From positions 692,200 to 756,199 of the forward strand of contig CAWJMY010000001.1 of NCBI GenBank assembly GCA_963844155.1: DNA of 64,000 nucleotides, in the 5' to 3' direction. Within the stretch, counting starts at the first letter, position 1, and every line of letters begins with the position of its first letter. Below are positions 1 to 10,359 of this stretch, piece after piece. Source of the stretch: an uncultured Solirubrobacteraceae bacterium (GTDB taxonomy: Bacteria > Actinomycetota > Thermoleophilia > Solirubrobacterales > Solirubrobacteraceae). Below the pieces are notes generated by a model. That model was given only the letters and a program-made list of their open reading frames with translations. It ran no database searches and was not told the DNA's origin. A program made the translations under genes and the position numbers.

Positions 1-836
1 AGCGCGCCCGGCGGCCCCGGGCCGCCGCCGACCTCCACATCCCAGGGGAAGAGCCCGACCTCGACGGGCCCCTCCGCGGCGAGCGGCACCACCCCGCCCT
101 CCTCGAGCGCCACGTCCTCCCCGCGCCCCGTCCCGGCCAGCACGAGCCCGCCACCGAAGGCGACGACGAACGCGTCCGCGGGGGCGGCGAGGAGCTCCGC
201 CGGCGTCCCGAGCTGGCGCAGGCGCCCGTCGACCAGCACCGCCACGCGGTCCGCGAGCGCGGCGGCGTCCCCGGCGTCGTGGGTCACCAGGAGCGTCGGC
301 AGGCCGAGGGCCCGGAGCTCGTCGGCGAGCTCGTCGCGCACCACCCGCCGGGTGTGCGCGTCGAGCGCCGCGAGCGGCTCGTCGAGCAGGAGCACGTCGG
401 GCCGGCGCGCGAGCGCGCGCGCGAGCGCGACGCGCTGGCGCTCCCCGCCCGAGAGCTCCCCGGGCCGCTCCCCCGCCAGGCCGGCGATGCCGAACCGCTC
501 GAGCAGCCCCGCCACCTCCTCGCGGGTCCCGCCGCCGAACGCGACGTTCTGCGCCACGGTGAGGTGCCCGAAGAGCCCGTGGTGCTGGGGCACGTAGCCC
601 ACGGAGCGCCGCTCGGGCGGCAGGTCGACCCCCGTCGCGCGGTCCAGCCACGTCGCCCCACCGCAGCGGATCGCCCCCGCGTCCGGCCGCGTGAGCCCCG
701 CGACGCACCGCAGCACCGTCGTCTTGCCCGCCCCGGAGGGCCCGGCGAGCGCGACGACCTCCGCGCCCAGCGCGAGGGTCAGCTCGACGCGGAAGGGGCG
801 AAGCGCGTGCGCGAGGTCGAGCTCGAGGGACGCCAT
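1..836 (-). CDS. modC: Molybdate ABC transporter ATP-binding protein (3' end runs off the window)
   Basis: Manual translation from ATG at 836 gives Walker A GPSGAGKT, signature LSGGERQRVALARAL and Walker B LLLDEP; lies downstream of modB. Confidence 0.9.
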   Translation of the reverse strand, partial: MASLELDLAHALRPFRVELTLALGAEVVALAGPSGAGKTTVLRCVAGLTRPDAGAIRCGGATWLDRATGVDLPPERRSVGYVPQHHGLFGHLTVAQNVAFGGGTREEVAGLLERFGIAGLAGERPGELSGGERQRVALARALARRPDVLLLDEPLAALDAHTRRVVRDELADELRALGLPTLLVTHDAGDAAALADRVAVLVDGRLRQLGTPAELLAAPADAFVVAFGGGLVLAGTGRGEDVALEEGGVVPLAAEGPVEVGLFPWDVEVGGGPGPPGA

Positions 837-1594
837 GACCCCAGCAGCTTGTAGGAGAGCAGGACCCCGGCGCTGAGCGCCACGAGGAGCACGCCGAGCG
901 CGAGCGCGACGTCGAGGTCCACGTCGAGCTGCCCGTAGACCTCGAGCGGCAGCGTCCCCGTCCGCCCCTGCACGTTGCCCGCGAAGACGATGGTCGCGCC
1001 GAACTCCCCGATCCCGCGCGCGAACGCGAGCACCCAGCCCGCGACGAGCCCCTGGAGCGCGAGCGGCATGACGATCCGCCAGAAGGTCCGGGTGCGCGAG
1101 GCGCCCAGCGTGCGGGCGACGTCCACGACGTCCCCGGGGACCGCCTCGAACGCCGCGATGGCGCCGCGCAGGTAGAACGGCGCGGCGACGAACGCCACCG
1201 CGAGCACGACCGCCCAGGGCCCGAAGGGGAGCACGATCCCGGCGTCGGCCAGCGGCGCGCCGAGCGCCCCGCGCGGCCCGAGCGCGCTGAGCAGGGCGAT
1301 CCCCGCGACGGCCGGCGGCAGGACGAGCGGGAGCTCGCAGGCGGTGATCACGAGCGCGCGCCCGCGGAAGCGGCGCGTGGCCAGCAGCCACGCCGCGGGC
1401 GTCCCGAGCGCGAGCACGAGGACGTTCGCCGCGAGGTTCGTCCGGGCGGTGACCGCGAGCGCGTCGCGGACCGCCCGGCGCCCGAGGAGGTCGGGGAGCT
1501 CCGTGAGCTTCGCCTCGACCAGCAGGGCGACGAGCGGGCCGACGAGGAACGCGAGGACGACGCCGAGGGCGAGCGCCGTCCACGCGCGCCTCAT
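779..1594 (-). CDS. modB: Molybdate ABC transporter permease
   Basis: C-terminal half of ORF 779..2317 from MRRAWTAL; LPLVLPPAVAG, ARTLGAS and FARGIGEFGAT motifs. Confidence 0.9.
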   Translation of the reverse strand: MRRAWTALALGVVLAFLVGPLVALLVEAKLTELPDLLGRRAVRDALAVTARTNLAANVLVLALGTPAAWLLATRRFRGRALVITACELPLVLPPAVAGIALLSALGPRGALGAPLADAGIVLPFGPWAVVLAVAFVAAPFYLRGAIAAFEAVPGDVVDVARTLGASRTRTFWRIVMPLALQGLVAGWVLAFARGIGEFGATIVFAGNVQGRTGTLPLEVYGQLDVDLDVALALGVLLVALSAGVLLSYKLLGSWRPSSSTSRTRFAPSASS

Positions 1595-2317
1595 CCGCGG
1601 GGCGGCAGCCCGAAGCCCGCGCGCTTCAGGATCCCGCGCCCGCGGGAGCTGCGCAGCGGCCGCCAGGACGGCGGCGGCGCCGCGCCGGTCCACGCCGGGG
1701 CGGCGCACGAGGCAGCCCTGGTAGCGGACGGGCGGCTGGGCGTAGCGCGGGAGGCCGAGCGCGTCGACGCGCCCGCGCTGCGTCCGCGCGTCCGTGACGT
1801 AGACGAAGCCGGCGTCGGCGCCGCCGAAGGCGACCTGGGAGAGCACCTGCCCGACGTTGGACTGCTGGGAGACGCGGTTCGCGCGCAGCACGCGCGAGAG
1901 CCCGAGGCGCGCGAGCAGCCTGCGGGTGTAGTCGCCCACGGGCACGCCGGGGTTGCCGATGGAGAGCCGCAGGCCGCCACGCCGCAGGCCGTAGACGGAC
2001 TTGACGCGGGCGGGATCGCCGTTCGGCACGATGAGCGTCAGCCGGTTGGTCGCGAAGGTCACGGGGCGCTCGCAGCGGCCCGAGCGGTACAGCGCCTGGG
2101 CCTCCTTGGGCTGGGCGGAGAGGAAGAGGTCCGCGGGCGCGCCGCGCTCGATCTGGAGCTGCAGGGTGTTCGAGCCGCCGAAGGAGTAGCGGACGTCGCG
2201 CTTGACCTCGGGCATGACCGTCGTCAGCGACGTGGCGGCGTAGACGGTGACGGCGCTGGCCCCGGCGGGGAACGCGAGCGCGGCGAGGACGACGAGCAGG
2301 GGCAGCAGGCGGGTCAC
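1591..2317 (-). CDS. modA: Molybdate-binding protein (frameshift near 1660 fuses it artificially to modB)
   Basis: Signal peptide, VYAATSL, FGGSNTLQLQIERGAPADLF, VPVGDY, ADAGFVYVTD; the natural end (ILKRAGFGLPPRG*) is in another frame ending at 1591. Confidence 0.85.
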
Positions 2318-2912
2318 GAGGTGGGGTCCTCCAGGTAGGTGTCCAGCAGCGCGCCCGCCGCCTCCAGGTCGACGGGCGCCGGCAGGCCGCCGAGGGCCGC
2401 TCGCCGGCCATGGCGGTCAGGAGCGCCGCGTGGCCGTGGGCGACCGCGAGCAGGCGGCCGAGCAGCAGGCGGGTGCCGGGGTCCGTCGCGTAGGCCACTC
2501 CGTTGAGGAAGACGCCGACGACCGCGGCCTCGAGCCGGCGGGCGACCGCGAGGGCGTCCGCGCGGGAGCGCAGGGCCACGAGCCGGGTGAAGCCGTCGAG
2601 GGGGACGGCGTCGTCCGGGCCCAGCGCGGCGTTCAGGCGCACGACGGTGTCGCGCTGGCGGTCGTGGGCGGCGGAGAGGAGCGCGCGCTCCCGGCGGCCG
2701 AACGCCCCGCGGAGCTGCCGCGCGTCGCCGTAGACCCGGGCCAGCACGCCCGCGGCCGCGGCGCCGAAGGCCAGGAACGCGACGTCGTCGCCCTGCGGGA
2801 CGGCGGGCTGCGGCGCGGCGCGCGCGGCGGTCGGGAGGAGCAGCGCGCCGGTGGAGGCGGCCCCGGCGGCGAGCACCTCGCGGCGGGTGGTGCGTACGCT
2901 GTGCCTGGGCAT
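2314..2912 (-). CDS. Tat-exported ferritin-like domain protein (frameshift near 2395)
   Basis: MPRHSVRTTRREVLAAG twin-arginine signal; helical body resembling the Ferritin_2 family; stop overlaps the modA start. Confidence 0.6.
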
Positions 2913-3336
2913 GGTCCGCCATCCAAGCACACTGCTCGCCGGGCTCGCCACCCTCGCCCTGCTCCCGGGGTGCGGGGACGCGGCGCCCCCGTCGTCCGCG
3001 CCCGCGGCCACCCCGCCCGCCGCGCGGCTGACCACCGCGGGCGACCGGATCGTCCTGCGCGGGGACGTGGCCCCCGACAGCTTCGGCCCGCTCGAGCTTC
3101 GCGGGGCCTACCGCGTCCGCTTCCGCCAGCGCGGCACGGGCGTCGACTTCGGGGCGGAGGTGCCGTTCACCGCCCACCTCGAGCAGGCGCGCGGCGCGGG
3201 CGCGCCGCGGGTCCTCCCCCTCTTCGAGCGGGCCGCCGCGACGGGGGCGACGGAGGTCACGGCGCGGGGGCGCTGGCAGCTCGTGGTCGACTTCGGCGAC
3301 TCGCCCTTCGAGGTGGAGCTCAGCCCGCGGGGCTGA
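2911..3336 (+). CDS. Hypothetical lipoprotein
   Basis: MVRHPSTLLAGLATLALLPGC lipobox, Pro/Ala linker and a beta-rich domain. Confidence 0.6.
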   Translation: MVRHPSTLLAGLATLALLPGCGDAAPPSSAPAATPPAARLTTAGDRIVLRGDVAPDSFGPLELRGAYRVRFRQRGTGVDFGAEVPFTAHLEQARGAGAPRVLPLFERAAATGATEVTARGRWQLVVDFGDSPFEVELSPRG

Positions 3337-3464
3337 CCGCGACGCTGGGCCGAGGGTCGCCGAGCGCGGCCCGGGGGTCGTTCCGGGTGGTGCAAGCGAC
3401 GCCGTGGTCAGGGGAACGCCGAGGGGCCGCCGAGGTGGGTGCATCGCGGGTAGCGTCCCGCCCC

Positions 3465-4647
3465 GTGCTCGCCGTGCTCCGCATCCCGGGCGTCCTGCGG
3501 GCCTTCCTGAGCTCGTGCGTCGCGCAGCTGCCCATGGGCGCGCTCGGCCTGCTGCTCGTGCTCCACACGCGCGACGTCACGGGGGACTACGCCGCGGGCG
3601 GCCTGGTCGCGGGCGCGGCCGCCCTGGCGCTGGCGATCTCGAACCCCGTGCTCGCGCGCATCGCCGACCGGCGCGGCCAGCTCGGGGTGCTGCGCCTCGG
3701 CGTGCCGCTCAGCGCGGCGGCCATCGCGGGCCAGGCGGCGCTCGCCGACGGCGCGCCGCTCGGGGCCCGCGTCGCGCTCGCGCTCGTCGCGGGCGGCGCC
3801 CAGCCCCCCATCGGGGCCTACCGCCGCAGGCTGTGGAACGCCTTGGTGCCCGACGACGGCGACGCCCGGCATCGCATCTACGCGACGGAGGGGGTCCTGC
3901 TCGAGGTCACCTACCTCCTCGGCCCCGTGGTGATCGTCGGCGGGGTCGGCAGCTGGTCGCCCCGCGCGGGGCTCGTCGTCTGCGCCGCGGCGCTCGCCCT
4001 GGGCGGGACGGCCTTCGCGCGGCACCCCGCCGTCCGCGCGCTCGCGGGCGAGGCGGGCCCCGTGGAGCGCGACCTCGTCGGGGCGCTGCGCGCGCCGGGC
4101 GTGCGGGTGACGACGCTGACCTTCCTCACGCTCGGGCTGACGGTGGGCGCGGTGGAGGTCGGCATCCCGGCCGCGCTCGAGGAGATGGGCAACCGCGGGC
4201 TCACCGGACCGCTGCTCGGCCTCTGGGGCGTCGGCTCGATCCTGGGCGCCCTGGTCATCTCCCGGACCGGCGCACCCGCGCGCCCCGTCCGCGGCCTCGG
4301 CCTGCTCGTCGCGGCCTGGGGCGCGCTCCACGCGGCGCTCGCCCTGGCCGGCGTCCCGGCCGCCCTGGCGCTCGGCCTGCTGGTGGCCGGGGCCACCATC
4401 GCGCCGACCTTCACGGTCCTCAACGGGCTCCTGGACGTCATCGCGCTGCCCGGGGACGCTCACGGAGGCCTCCACCTGGACGACCACCGGGATGACGCTC
4501 GGGATCGCCGCGGGCGGGGCGCTCGCGGGGCACCTGGCCGACGCCGTCTCGCCCGCCGCGGCGCTCGCGCTCAGCCTCGCCGGGGTGCTCGGCGCCGGCG
4601 TCGTCCTGCTCGGGCGGCGGGCGCTGCGGCCCCGCCTCGCCGCCTGA
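3465..4647 (+). CDS. MFS transporter (frameshift near 4455)
   Basis: Many hydrophobic segments; ARIADRRGQ motif-A-like loop; TAGCGT -10-like box shortly upstream of the GTG start. Confidence 0.8.
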
Positions 4648-4672
4648 CGGCCGCCCGCCGTAGGCTCGGCCC

Positions 4673-5071
4673 ATGAGCCGTCCCGGAGCGACGCCGCCCC
4701 CGCGCATGACCATCGGGGAGGCCGCGCAGGCGCTCGGGGTCAGCATCGACACGCTTCGGCGCTGGGACCGCGCGGGCAAGCTCACCTTCGAGCGCGAGGG
4801 CAGTCGGCGGACGATCGAGGCGGCAGCGGTCGCCGCCATGCTGCGCGAGCGCGCGGGCACGGGCCGCTCGAGCGCGCGCAACCGCCTGGCCGGGGTCGTG
4901 CTCTCCGTCAAGCGCGACGGCGTCATGGCCCAGGTCGAGCTCGCCTGCGGGCCGTTCCGGGTCGTCTCGCTCATGTCCCGCGAGGCCGCGGACGACCTGG
5001 GCCTGGAGCCCGGCGCGCGCGCCGAGGCCGTGGTGAAGGCGACGACCGTCGTGGTCGAGACGCCGGGCTGA
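4673..5071 (+). CDS. MerR/excisionase-type HTH plus TOBE (Mop) molybdate-responsive regulator
   Basis: TIGEAAQALGVSIDTLRRW HTH; SARNRLAGVV...AVVKAT TOBE domain; close to modABC. Confidence 0.85.
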   Translation: MSRPGATPPPRMTIGEAAQALGVSIDTLRRWDRAGKLTFEREGSRRTIEAAAVAAMLRERAGTGRSSARNRLAGVVLSVKRDGVMAQVELACGPFRVVSLMSREAADDLGLEPGARAEAVVKATTVVVETPG

Positions 5072-5076
5072 GCGGC

Positions 5077-5832
5077 TCAGCCCGGCTCGGAGACCACGAG
5101 GCGCAGCGCGCCGTCGAAGCTCGACCGCCCACGCAGGTGGCCGTGCTCCGCCTCCCAGCTGCCGTCCTCGAGCGCGCGGGCGAGCCCGGCGACCATCCGC
5201 TCCTCGGCACCCGGGGGCAGGAGCGCCCACATGGACTGCGCCGCACGGACCGCGGGGTCGAGCATCCGCTCCGGGCGGTTCCAGAACGCCTCGAAGAAGC
5301 CGTCCGTGCAGTCCGCGGGCGTCGGGATCTCCTCGACGCGCGTGACCCCGCCGAGGGCGGCCGCGACCTCCTCGAGCGGCGGGAAGCGCGGGCGCTCGAT
5401 GACCAGGCCCTCCGCGAAGTGCTCCTGCTGCCAGGCGGGGAGGCCAGCGAGGTCGAAGGTGAAGACGACCACGGGCCCGCGCGCGACCCGGCGCAGCTCC
5501 CGCAGCCCCGCCGCGGCCGGCTCCCAGTGGTGGATGGTCACGCAGGCCATCGCGGCGTCGACGCTGTCGTCGTCGAGCGGGAGCGCCTCGGCGCGCGCGG
5601 CGATGGCGGGCGCGGCGCCCGGCGGCCGCTGCCCGCGCATGGTCGCGCTGGGCTCCACCGCGAGCACCCAGCGGTCCGTCGGCTCGTACGAGCCGCCGCC
5701 CGCCCCGACGTTCACGACGGTCCGCGCATCCCCGAGCGCGGCGTGGATGCGGGCGGCGATCCGGGGGTCGGCCCGGCGGTGCGCGGCGTAGGTGCGCCCG
5801 TGCTCCTCGTAGTCGACCCGCGGCGTGCTCAC
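5077..5832 (-). CDS. Class I SAM-dependent methyltransferase
   Basis: VVNVGAGGGSY motif I; AEALPLDDDSVDAA; TIHHW. Confidence 0.85.
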   Translation of the reverse strand: MSTPRVDYEEHGRTYAAHRRADPRIAARIHAALGDARTVVNVGAGGGSYEPTDRWVLAVEPSATMRGQRPPGAAPAIAARAEALPLDDDSVDAAMACVTIHHWEPAAAGLRELRRVARGPVVVFTFDLAGLPAWQQEHFAEGLVIERPRFPPLEEVAAALGGVTRVEEIPTPADCTDGFFEAFWNRPERMLDPAVRAAQSMWALLPPGAEERMVAGLARALEDGSWEAEHGHLRGRSSFDGALRLVVSEPG

Positions 5833-6716
5833 CCCCGCGCGCCCAGCCCGCGCAGCACCTCGATCAGCGCCTGGGTCCCGTCCTGCCCGCGGCCCTGCGC
5901 CTGCGCCGCGCGGTAGAGCTGCTCGGCGAGCGCGAGGCCCGGGAGCGGGAGCTGCATGCGCCGCGCCTCGTCGAGGGCGATGCCGAGGTCCTTGAGGAAG
6001 TGGTCGACCTTGAAGCCCGGCGCGAGGTCGCCCCGGACGATGCGCGGCGCGAGGTTCGCCAGACCCCACGAGCCGGCCGCACCGCCGCCGATGACGCCGA
6101 GCACCTGCTCCACGTCGAGGCCCGCGCGCGCCGCGTAGGTCAGGCCCTCGCACATCGCGACCATGCTCGAGGCGATGACGACCTGGTTGGTCATCTTCGT
6201 GTGCTGCCCGCTGCCCGCCGGCCCGAGCAGCTCGACGGTCCCGCCCATGACCTCCAGCAGCGGCCGCGCGCGCGCGAACGCCTCGGGCTCCCCGCCGACC
6301 ATGATCACCAGGCGCGCCTCGCGCGCGCCGACGTCCCCGCCGGACACGGGCGCGTCGAGCGCCGCGACCCCGCGCGCCGCGGCGGCCTCGGCCACCTCGA
6401 CGGCCAGGGAGGGCTCGCTCGTGGTCATGTCGACGAGCAGGCTCCCCTCCCGCGCGCCCTCCAGGGCGCCGTCCGGGCCGAGCAGCACTGCGCGGACGTC
6501 GGCGGGGTAGCCGACCATGGAGAAGACGACGTCGGCCTCGCGCGCCGCCTCGGCGGGCGTCGCCGCCCAGCGCGCGCCGGCGTCCACGAGCTCCCGCGCG
6601 CTCTCCTCCCGCCGGCTCGAGACCACGAGGCGGTGCCCCGCGGCCATGAGGTGCCCGGCCATGGGGCGCCCCATGATGCCGGCGCCGATCCAGGCCACGT
6701 CCAAGGAGTCGCTCAC
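5829..6716 (-). CDS. NAD(P)-dependent oxidoreductase, 3-hydroxyisobutyrate/tartronate semialdehyde reductase family
   Basis: WIGAGIMGRPMA Rossmann motif, DAPVSGGDVGA, GQHTKMTNQ, KDLGIAL. Confidence 0.9.
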   Translation of the reverse strand: MSDSLDVAWIGAGIMGRPMAGHLMAAGHRLVVSSRREESARELVDAGARWAATPAEAAREADVVFSMVGYPADVRAVLLGPDGALEGAREGSLLVDMTTSEPSLAVEVAEAAAARGVAALDAPVSGGDVGAREARLVIMVGGEPEAFARARPLLEVMGGTVELLGPAGSGQHTKMTNQVVIASSMVAMCEGLTYAARAGLDVEQVLGVIGGGAAGSWGLANLAPRIVRGDLAPGFKVDHFLKDLGIALDEARRMQLPLPGLALAEQLYRAAQAQGRGQDGTQALIEVLRGLGARG

Positions 6717-6827
6717 GGGCGGGAGCTTCGCAGGCGCGCGTCCGGGGGGGTTCCGGCCGAGGTGGCCGCGGATCCGGGTCACGGGGGCCGGAACCCCCCG
6801 CGCTGCGGTGGCCCCGGCGCCGCGCCC

Positions 6828-8117
6828 CTACGCCGCCGCGCGCTCCGCGGGGCGGTCGGGCGCCAGGCGGAGCTCCTCCGCCGGGCCGAGCGCGCGCAGG
6901 AGCGGGCCCGTCATGAGCGTCGTGAGCAGCGCGACCACCGCGAGCTCGGAGTAGAGGCCCGCGTCGATGAGCCCGTTGGTCAGCGCGACCTCCAGGACGA
7001 TGAGCTCCACGAGCCCGCGGGTGTTCAGCAGCACCGCGACCGCCGCCGCCCCACGCGGGCGCATGCCCGTCGCCAGCGCCGGCAGCCCGGCGCCCAGGAG
7101 CTTCCCGCCCGCCGCGCAGGCCAGGAGCCCCAGGATCGTCGGGACGCTCGAGCCGCCCAGGCCACCCAGGTCGAAGCCGAGCCCGGGGACGAGGAAGAAG
7201 ACCGGGAGCAGGACGCCGCGCACGAGCGGACCGAGCGCCTCCTCGAGCGGCGCACGGAGCCCGGGCAGGGCGGAGCGCGGGACCGCCACGCCGAACGCCA
7301 GCGCCCCGAGCGCGGCGTGCAGGCCCGTGAGCTGCGTGAGCGCCGCGCAGCCCAGCAGGCCCGCGGCGAGGAGCCCGAGCGCGACGGGGTCGCGGACGCC
7401 CCCCGTGGCCAAGCGCGCACCGAGCGGCCCCGCGAGCGCGGGTCGCACCACGAGCGCCAGCAGCGCCCCGAGGCCGAGGAGGCCCGCGAGCGCGACCAGC
7501 GCGCCGCCGACCGAGGCGCTCGCGACCGCGAGGCAGGCCGCGAGCAGGAGCCAGGCGGCGGCGTCCTGCAGGGAGGCCGAGGCGAGCGCGAGCTGCCCGA
7601 CGGGCGTGCGCGTGAGGCGGCGCTCGTCGAGGATCCGGGCCAGGACGGGGAGCGCGGAGACGCTCAGGGCGGTTCCCACGAAGAGCGCGAAGGGCAGCGT
7701 CCCGACGCCGTCGGGCGCCCGGCCGTCGAGGAGCACCAGCGCCGCGAGGACCCCGAGCGCGAAGGGCAGCCCGAGGCTCCCCGCCGTCACCGCCGCGAGC
7801 CGCCGCCCGCCCCGGCGCACGGAGGGCAGGTCGACGTCCAGCCCCATGAGGAAGAGGAAGAGCACGAGGCCGAGCCCGCCGACGGCGCTCAGCGCGTCGC
7901 GCACCTCGGGCGGGAAGAGCCAGTCCGACGCGCCCCCCGCGACCGCTCCGAGGGCGACGGGCCCCAGCAGGATCCCCGCGAGCACCTGCGCGAGGACCGC
8001 GGGCTGGCCGAGCCGGCGCAGCCCGGGCGCGAGCAGCTGCGTCAGGACGACCACGAGGGCGACGCCGAGCAGCGTGCGCCCGAGGAGCGCGTCGGGGGTG
8101 AGGGTGGCCGAGGCCAT
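6828..8117 (-). CDS. Cation:proton antiporter (CPA2)
   Basis: GQPAVLAQVLAGILLGP, SVSALPVLARIL, LLNTRGLVELIV; about 12 TM segments. Confidence 0.85.
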   Translation of the reverse strand: MASATLTPDALLGRTLLGVALVVVLTQLLAPGLRRLGQPAVLAQVLAGILLGPVALGAVAGGASDWLFPPEVRDALSAVGGLGLVLFLFLMGLDVDLPSVRRGGRRLAAVTAGSLGLPFALGVLAALVLLDGRAPDGVGTLPFALFVGTALSVSALPVLARILDERRLTRTPVGQLALASASLQDAAAWLLLAACLAVASASVGGALVALAGLLGLGALLALVVRPALAGPLGARLATGGVRDPVALGLLAAGLLGCAALTQLTGLHAALGALAFGVAVPRSALPGLRAPLEEALGPLVRGVLLPVFFLVPGLGFDLGGLGGSSVPTILGLLACAAGGKLLGAGLPALATGMRPRGAAAVAVLLNTRGLVELIVLEVALTNGLIDAGLYSELAVVALLTTLMTGPLLRALGPAEELRLAPDRPAERAAA

Positions 8118-8220
8118 CGCAGGACTACGGGCCCGGGACGCCGCGGGACGGGCGGCGGGCCGGCGGGCGAACACGGAGCTCGCACCGATGAGTTCCCGCC
8201 GCGACCGCCGTCTTGGGGGC

Positions 8221-8625
8221 ATGACCGACACCACGCAGACCCCCACCACCGTCACGAACCTCGGCGTCGCGATGTTCACCGTCGCCGACCAGGACGCCGC
8301 GCTCGCCTTCTACACGGAGAAGCTCGGCTTCGAGCTGCGCGCGGACGTGCCCTTCGGCGAGCAGGGCGACATGCGCTGGCTCGAGGTCGCCCCGCCCGGC
8401 TCGACCGCGCGCCTCGCGCTCAACCCCCCGATGGGCGCCACCCCCGGCGGCGGCGGCATCGGCGTCGAGACCACGGACGTCCTCGGGGAGCACGCCCGGC
8501 TGACGGCCGTCGGCGGCATCGACCTCGACCCGGAGCCCATGCGGACCCCGGGGGCGCCGCTCATGTTCATGCTCCGCGACCCCGACGGGAACGTCGTGGT
8601 GGTCGTGGAGGCCGTGCGGAGCTGA
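8221..8625 (+). CDS. VOC/glyoxalase family protein
   Basis: VADQDAALAFYTEKLGFE...RWLEVAPPG...RDPDGN. Confidence 0.9.
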   Translation: MTDTTQTPTTVTNLGVAMFTVADQDAALAFYTEKLGFELRADVPFGEQGDMRWLEVAPPGSTARLALNPPMGATPGGGGIGVETTDVLGEHARLTAVGGIDLDPEPMRTPGAPLMFMLRDPDGNVVVVVEAVRS

Positions 8626-8645
8626 CCGGCCGACCCACCCGCGGG

Positions 8646-8674
8646 ACGCCGGCGCTCCAGCGGAGCGCCGGCGT
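8646..8674 (+). terminator. GC-rich hairpin after the VOC gene
   Basis: Perfect 13-bp stem acgccggcgctcc / ggagcgccggcgt with a 3-nt loop; no U-tract. Confidence 0.5.
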
Positions 8675-8689
8675 GCCGACTACCCCGGC

Positions 8690-10093
8690 ATGGAGCGCAT
8701 CTCGCCTCCCCAGCCGGCGGTCGTGCTGGCGCGCGCCCGGCGCCTCGCGACGGCGCTCGTCGCCGCGACGGCGGTCGTCGTCTTCGTGGGCGGCTGGGTG
8801 CTGGGCGAGGACGCACTGAAGAACCTCGTACCGGGCACGGTCGTGATGAAGGCCCCGACGGCGCTCGGGCTGCTCTGGCTTGCCGTCGGCCTCGCGCTCC
8901 TCGGGCGGCGGCCGGGGCTCCGGCGGGTGGCGCAGGGCTTCGGCGCGGCGGCGGCGCTCCTCGGGACCGTCGTCGGCCTCGAGTACGTCACGGGCCGCAC
9001 CTGGTGGGTCGACGAGGGCCTGTTCCGTGACGACGTCGGGCACCGCCTGGGCGTCGCGCACCCGGGCCGCTTCGCCCCGACGACGGCCCTCTGCCTCGTC
9101 CTCGTCGGCGCCGTGATCGTCCTCCTCGGGCGCCGGCGGCGCACCTCGCCACGGCTCGTGGAGCACCTCGTGCTCCCGGTCATCGCGATCTCCGGCATCA
9201 CCCTGGTCGGCTACCTCTACTCCATCCCGACCTTCTACGGCCCCGCGTCCGCGGCGAAGATGGCGCTGGTGACCGGGCTCTGCTTCCTCGCCCTCGGGTT
9301 CGCGGCGGTCGCCACCGTCCCCGGCAGCCGCCTCGTGGTCCTGGCCGCCGCCGACGACCCCGGCGCGTTGCTCATCCGGCGCCTGCTGCCCGTCGCGATC
9401 GGGGTCCCGTTGGGCCTCGGCTGGCTGCGGCTGCAGGCCGTGGAGTCGGGGGTGTTCGGCGACCGGGTCGGCACCTGGTGGCTGGCCGCCGTCACAGCGC
9501 TCGGCCTCGCCCTCGTCGTCCTGCGGATCGCCGCGCGCCTGAGCGCCGCGGCCGCCGTGCAGCGCCGCCTCGAGGCGGAGCTCGTGCACCTCGCCGACCA
9601 CGACGTCCTGACGGGGCTGTGCAGCCGCCGGCGCTTCGACGACGAGCTCGCCCGGCACCTCGCGCGCGCGGACCGCTCCCCGCGCGTCGCCACGGTGGTG
9701 AGCCTCGACCTGGACCGGCTCAAGGTCGTCAACGACACGCTCGGTCACGAGGCGGGAGACCGGCTGCTCGAGGGCGTCGGGCGCGCGATCGCCGGCAGGA
9801 TCCGGGCCGGCGACCTCGCGGGACGGCTCGGTGGCGACGAGTTCGCGCTGCTGCTGGAGGACACGGACGTGGCCGACGCGCTCGTGCTGGCCGAGGACCT
9901 CCGGGCCCGCATCGCCGGCAACCGGCCGGGCGGCGACCTGGCCGGCACGTGGTCGACCGTGAGCATCGGGATCGCGCGGGTGACCGACGACGCCCGCACG
10001 ACGATGGCGCTCGCCGACGACGCGATGTACCGCGCCAAGCGCGCGGGCGGGAACCGGGTCGAGGTCGCCTCGCCGGCCCCCCTCCCGGCCTAG
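8690..10093 (+). CDS. Membrane-bound diguanylate cyclase
   Basis: Multi-TM N-terminus; DVLTGL, DLDRLKVVNDTLGH, RLGGDEF and AMYRAK all intact. Confidence 0.9.
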   Translation: MERISPPQPAVVLARARRLATALVAATAVVVFVGGWVLGEDALKNLVPGTVVMKAPTALGLLWLAVGLALLGRRPGLRRVAQGFGAAAALLGTVVGLEYVTGRTWWVDEGLFRDDVGHRLGVAHPGRFAPTTALCLVLVGAVIVLLGRRRRTSPRLVEHLVLPVIAISGITLVGYLYSIPTFYGPASAAKMALVTGLCFLALGFAAVATVPGSRLVVLAAADDPGALLIRRLLPVAIGVPLGLGWLRLQAVESGVFGDRVGTWWLAAVTALGLALVVLRIAARLSAAAAVQRRLEAELVHLADHDVLTGLCSRRRFDDELARHLARADRSPRVATVVSLDLDRLKVVNDTLGHEAGDRLLEGVGRAIAGRIRAGDLAGRLGGDEFALLLEDTDVADALVLAEDLRARIAGNRPGGDLAGTWSTVSIGIARVTDDARTTMALADDAMYRAKRAGGNRVEVASPAPLPA

Positions 10094-10359
10094 GCCCCGG
10101 CGAGGACCGGCCGCGATGGCCGCGGGTGCGAGGTGACCTCCGCGCTGACCGGAACCGTTCCATCCAGGCGCCCGTCGGCGAACACCGACGAGACCCGTCC
10201 TTGCCCGTCCAGAACGCCGGTGACGCACGCCGAGGTTGGCGAGTTCCGCGGGCGGCGGCGGGCGGGCGTCAGACCACGGCCGCACGGCGGTTCGGCAGGG
10301 CCCCGAGGGGCAGGAGGGGTGCACCCACCCCGTCCTCCCAGACCCAAAGGAACCCCCAC

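Noticed and set aside
779-2317. Natural ModA-ModB fusion
   Set aside because: The typical ModA C-terminus and stop lie in another frame overlapping the modB ATG; a single indel explains it.
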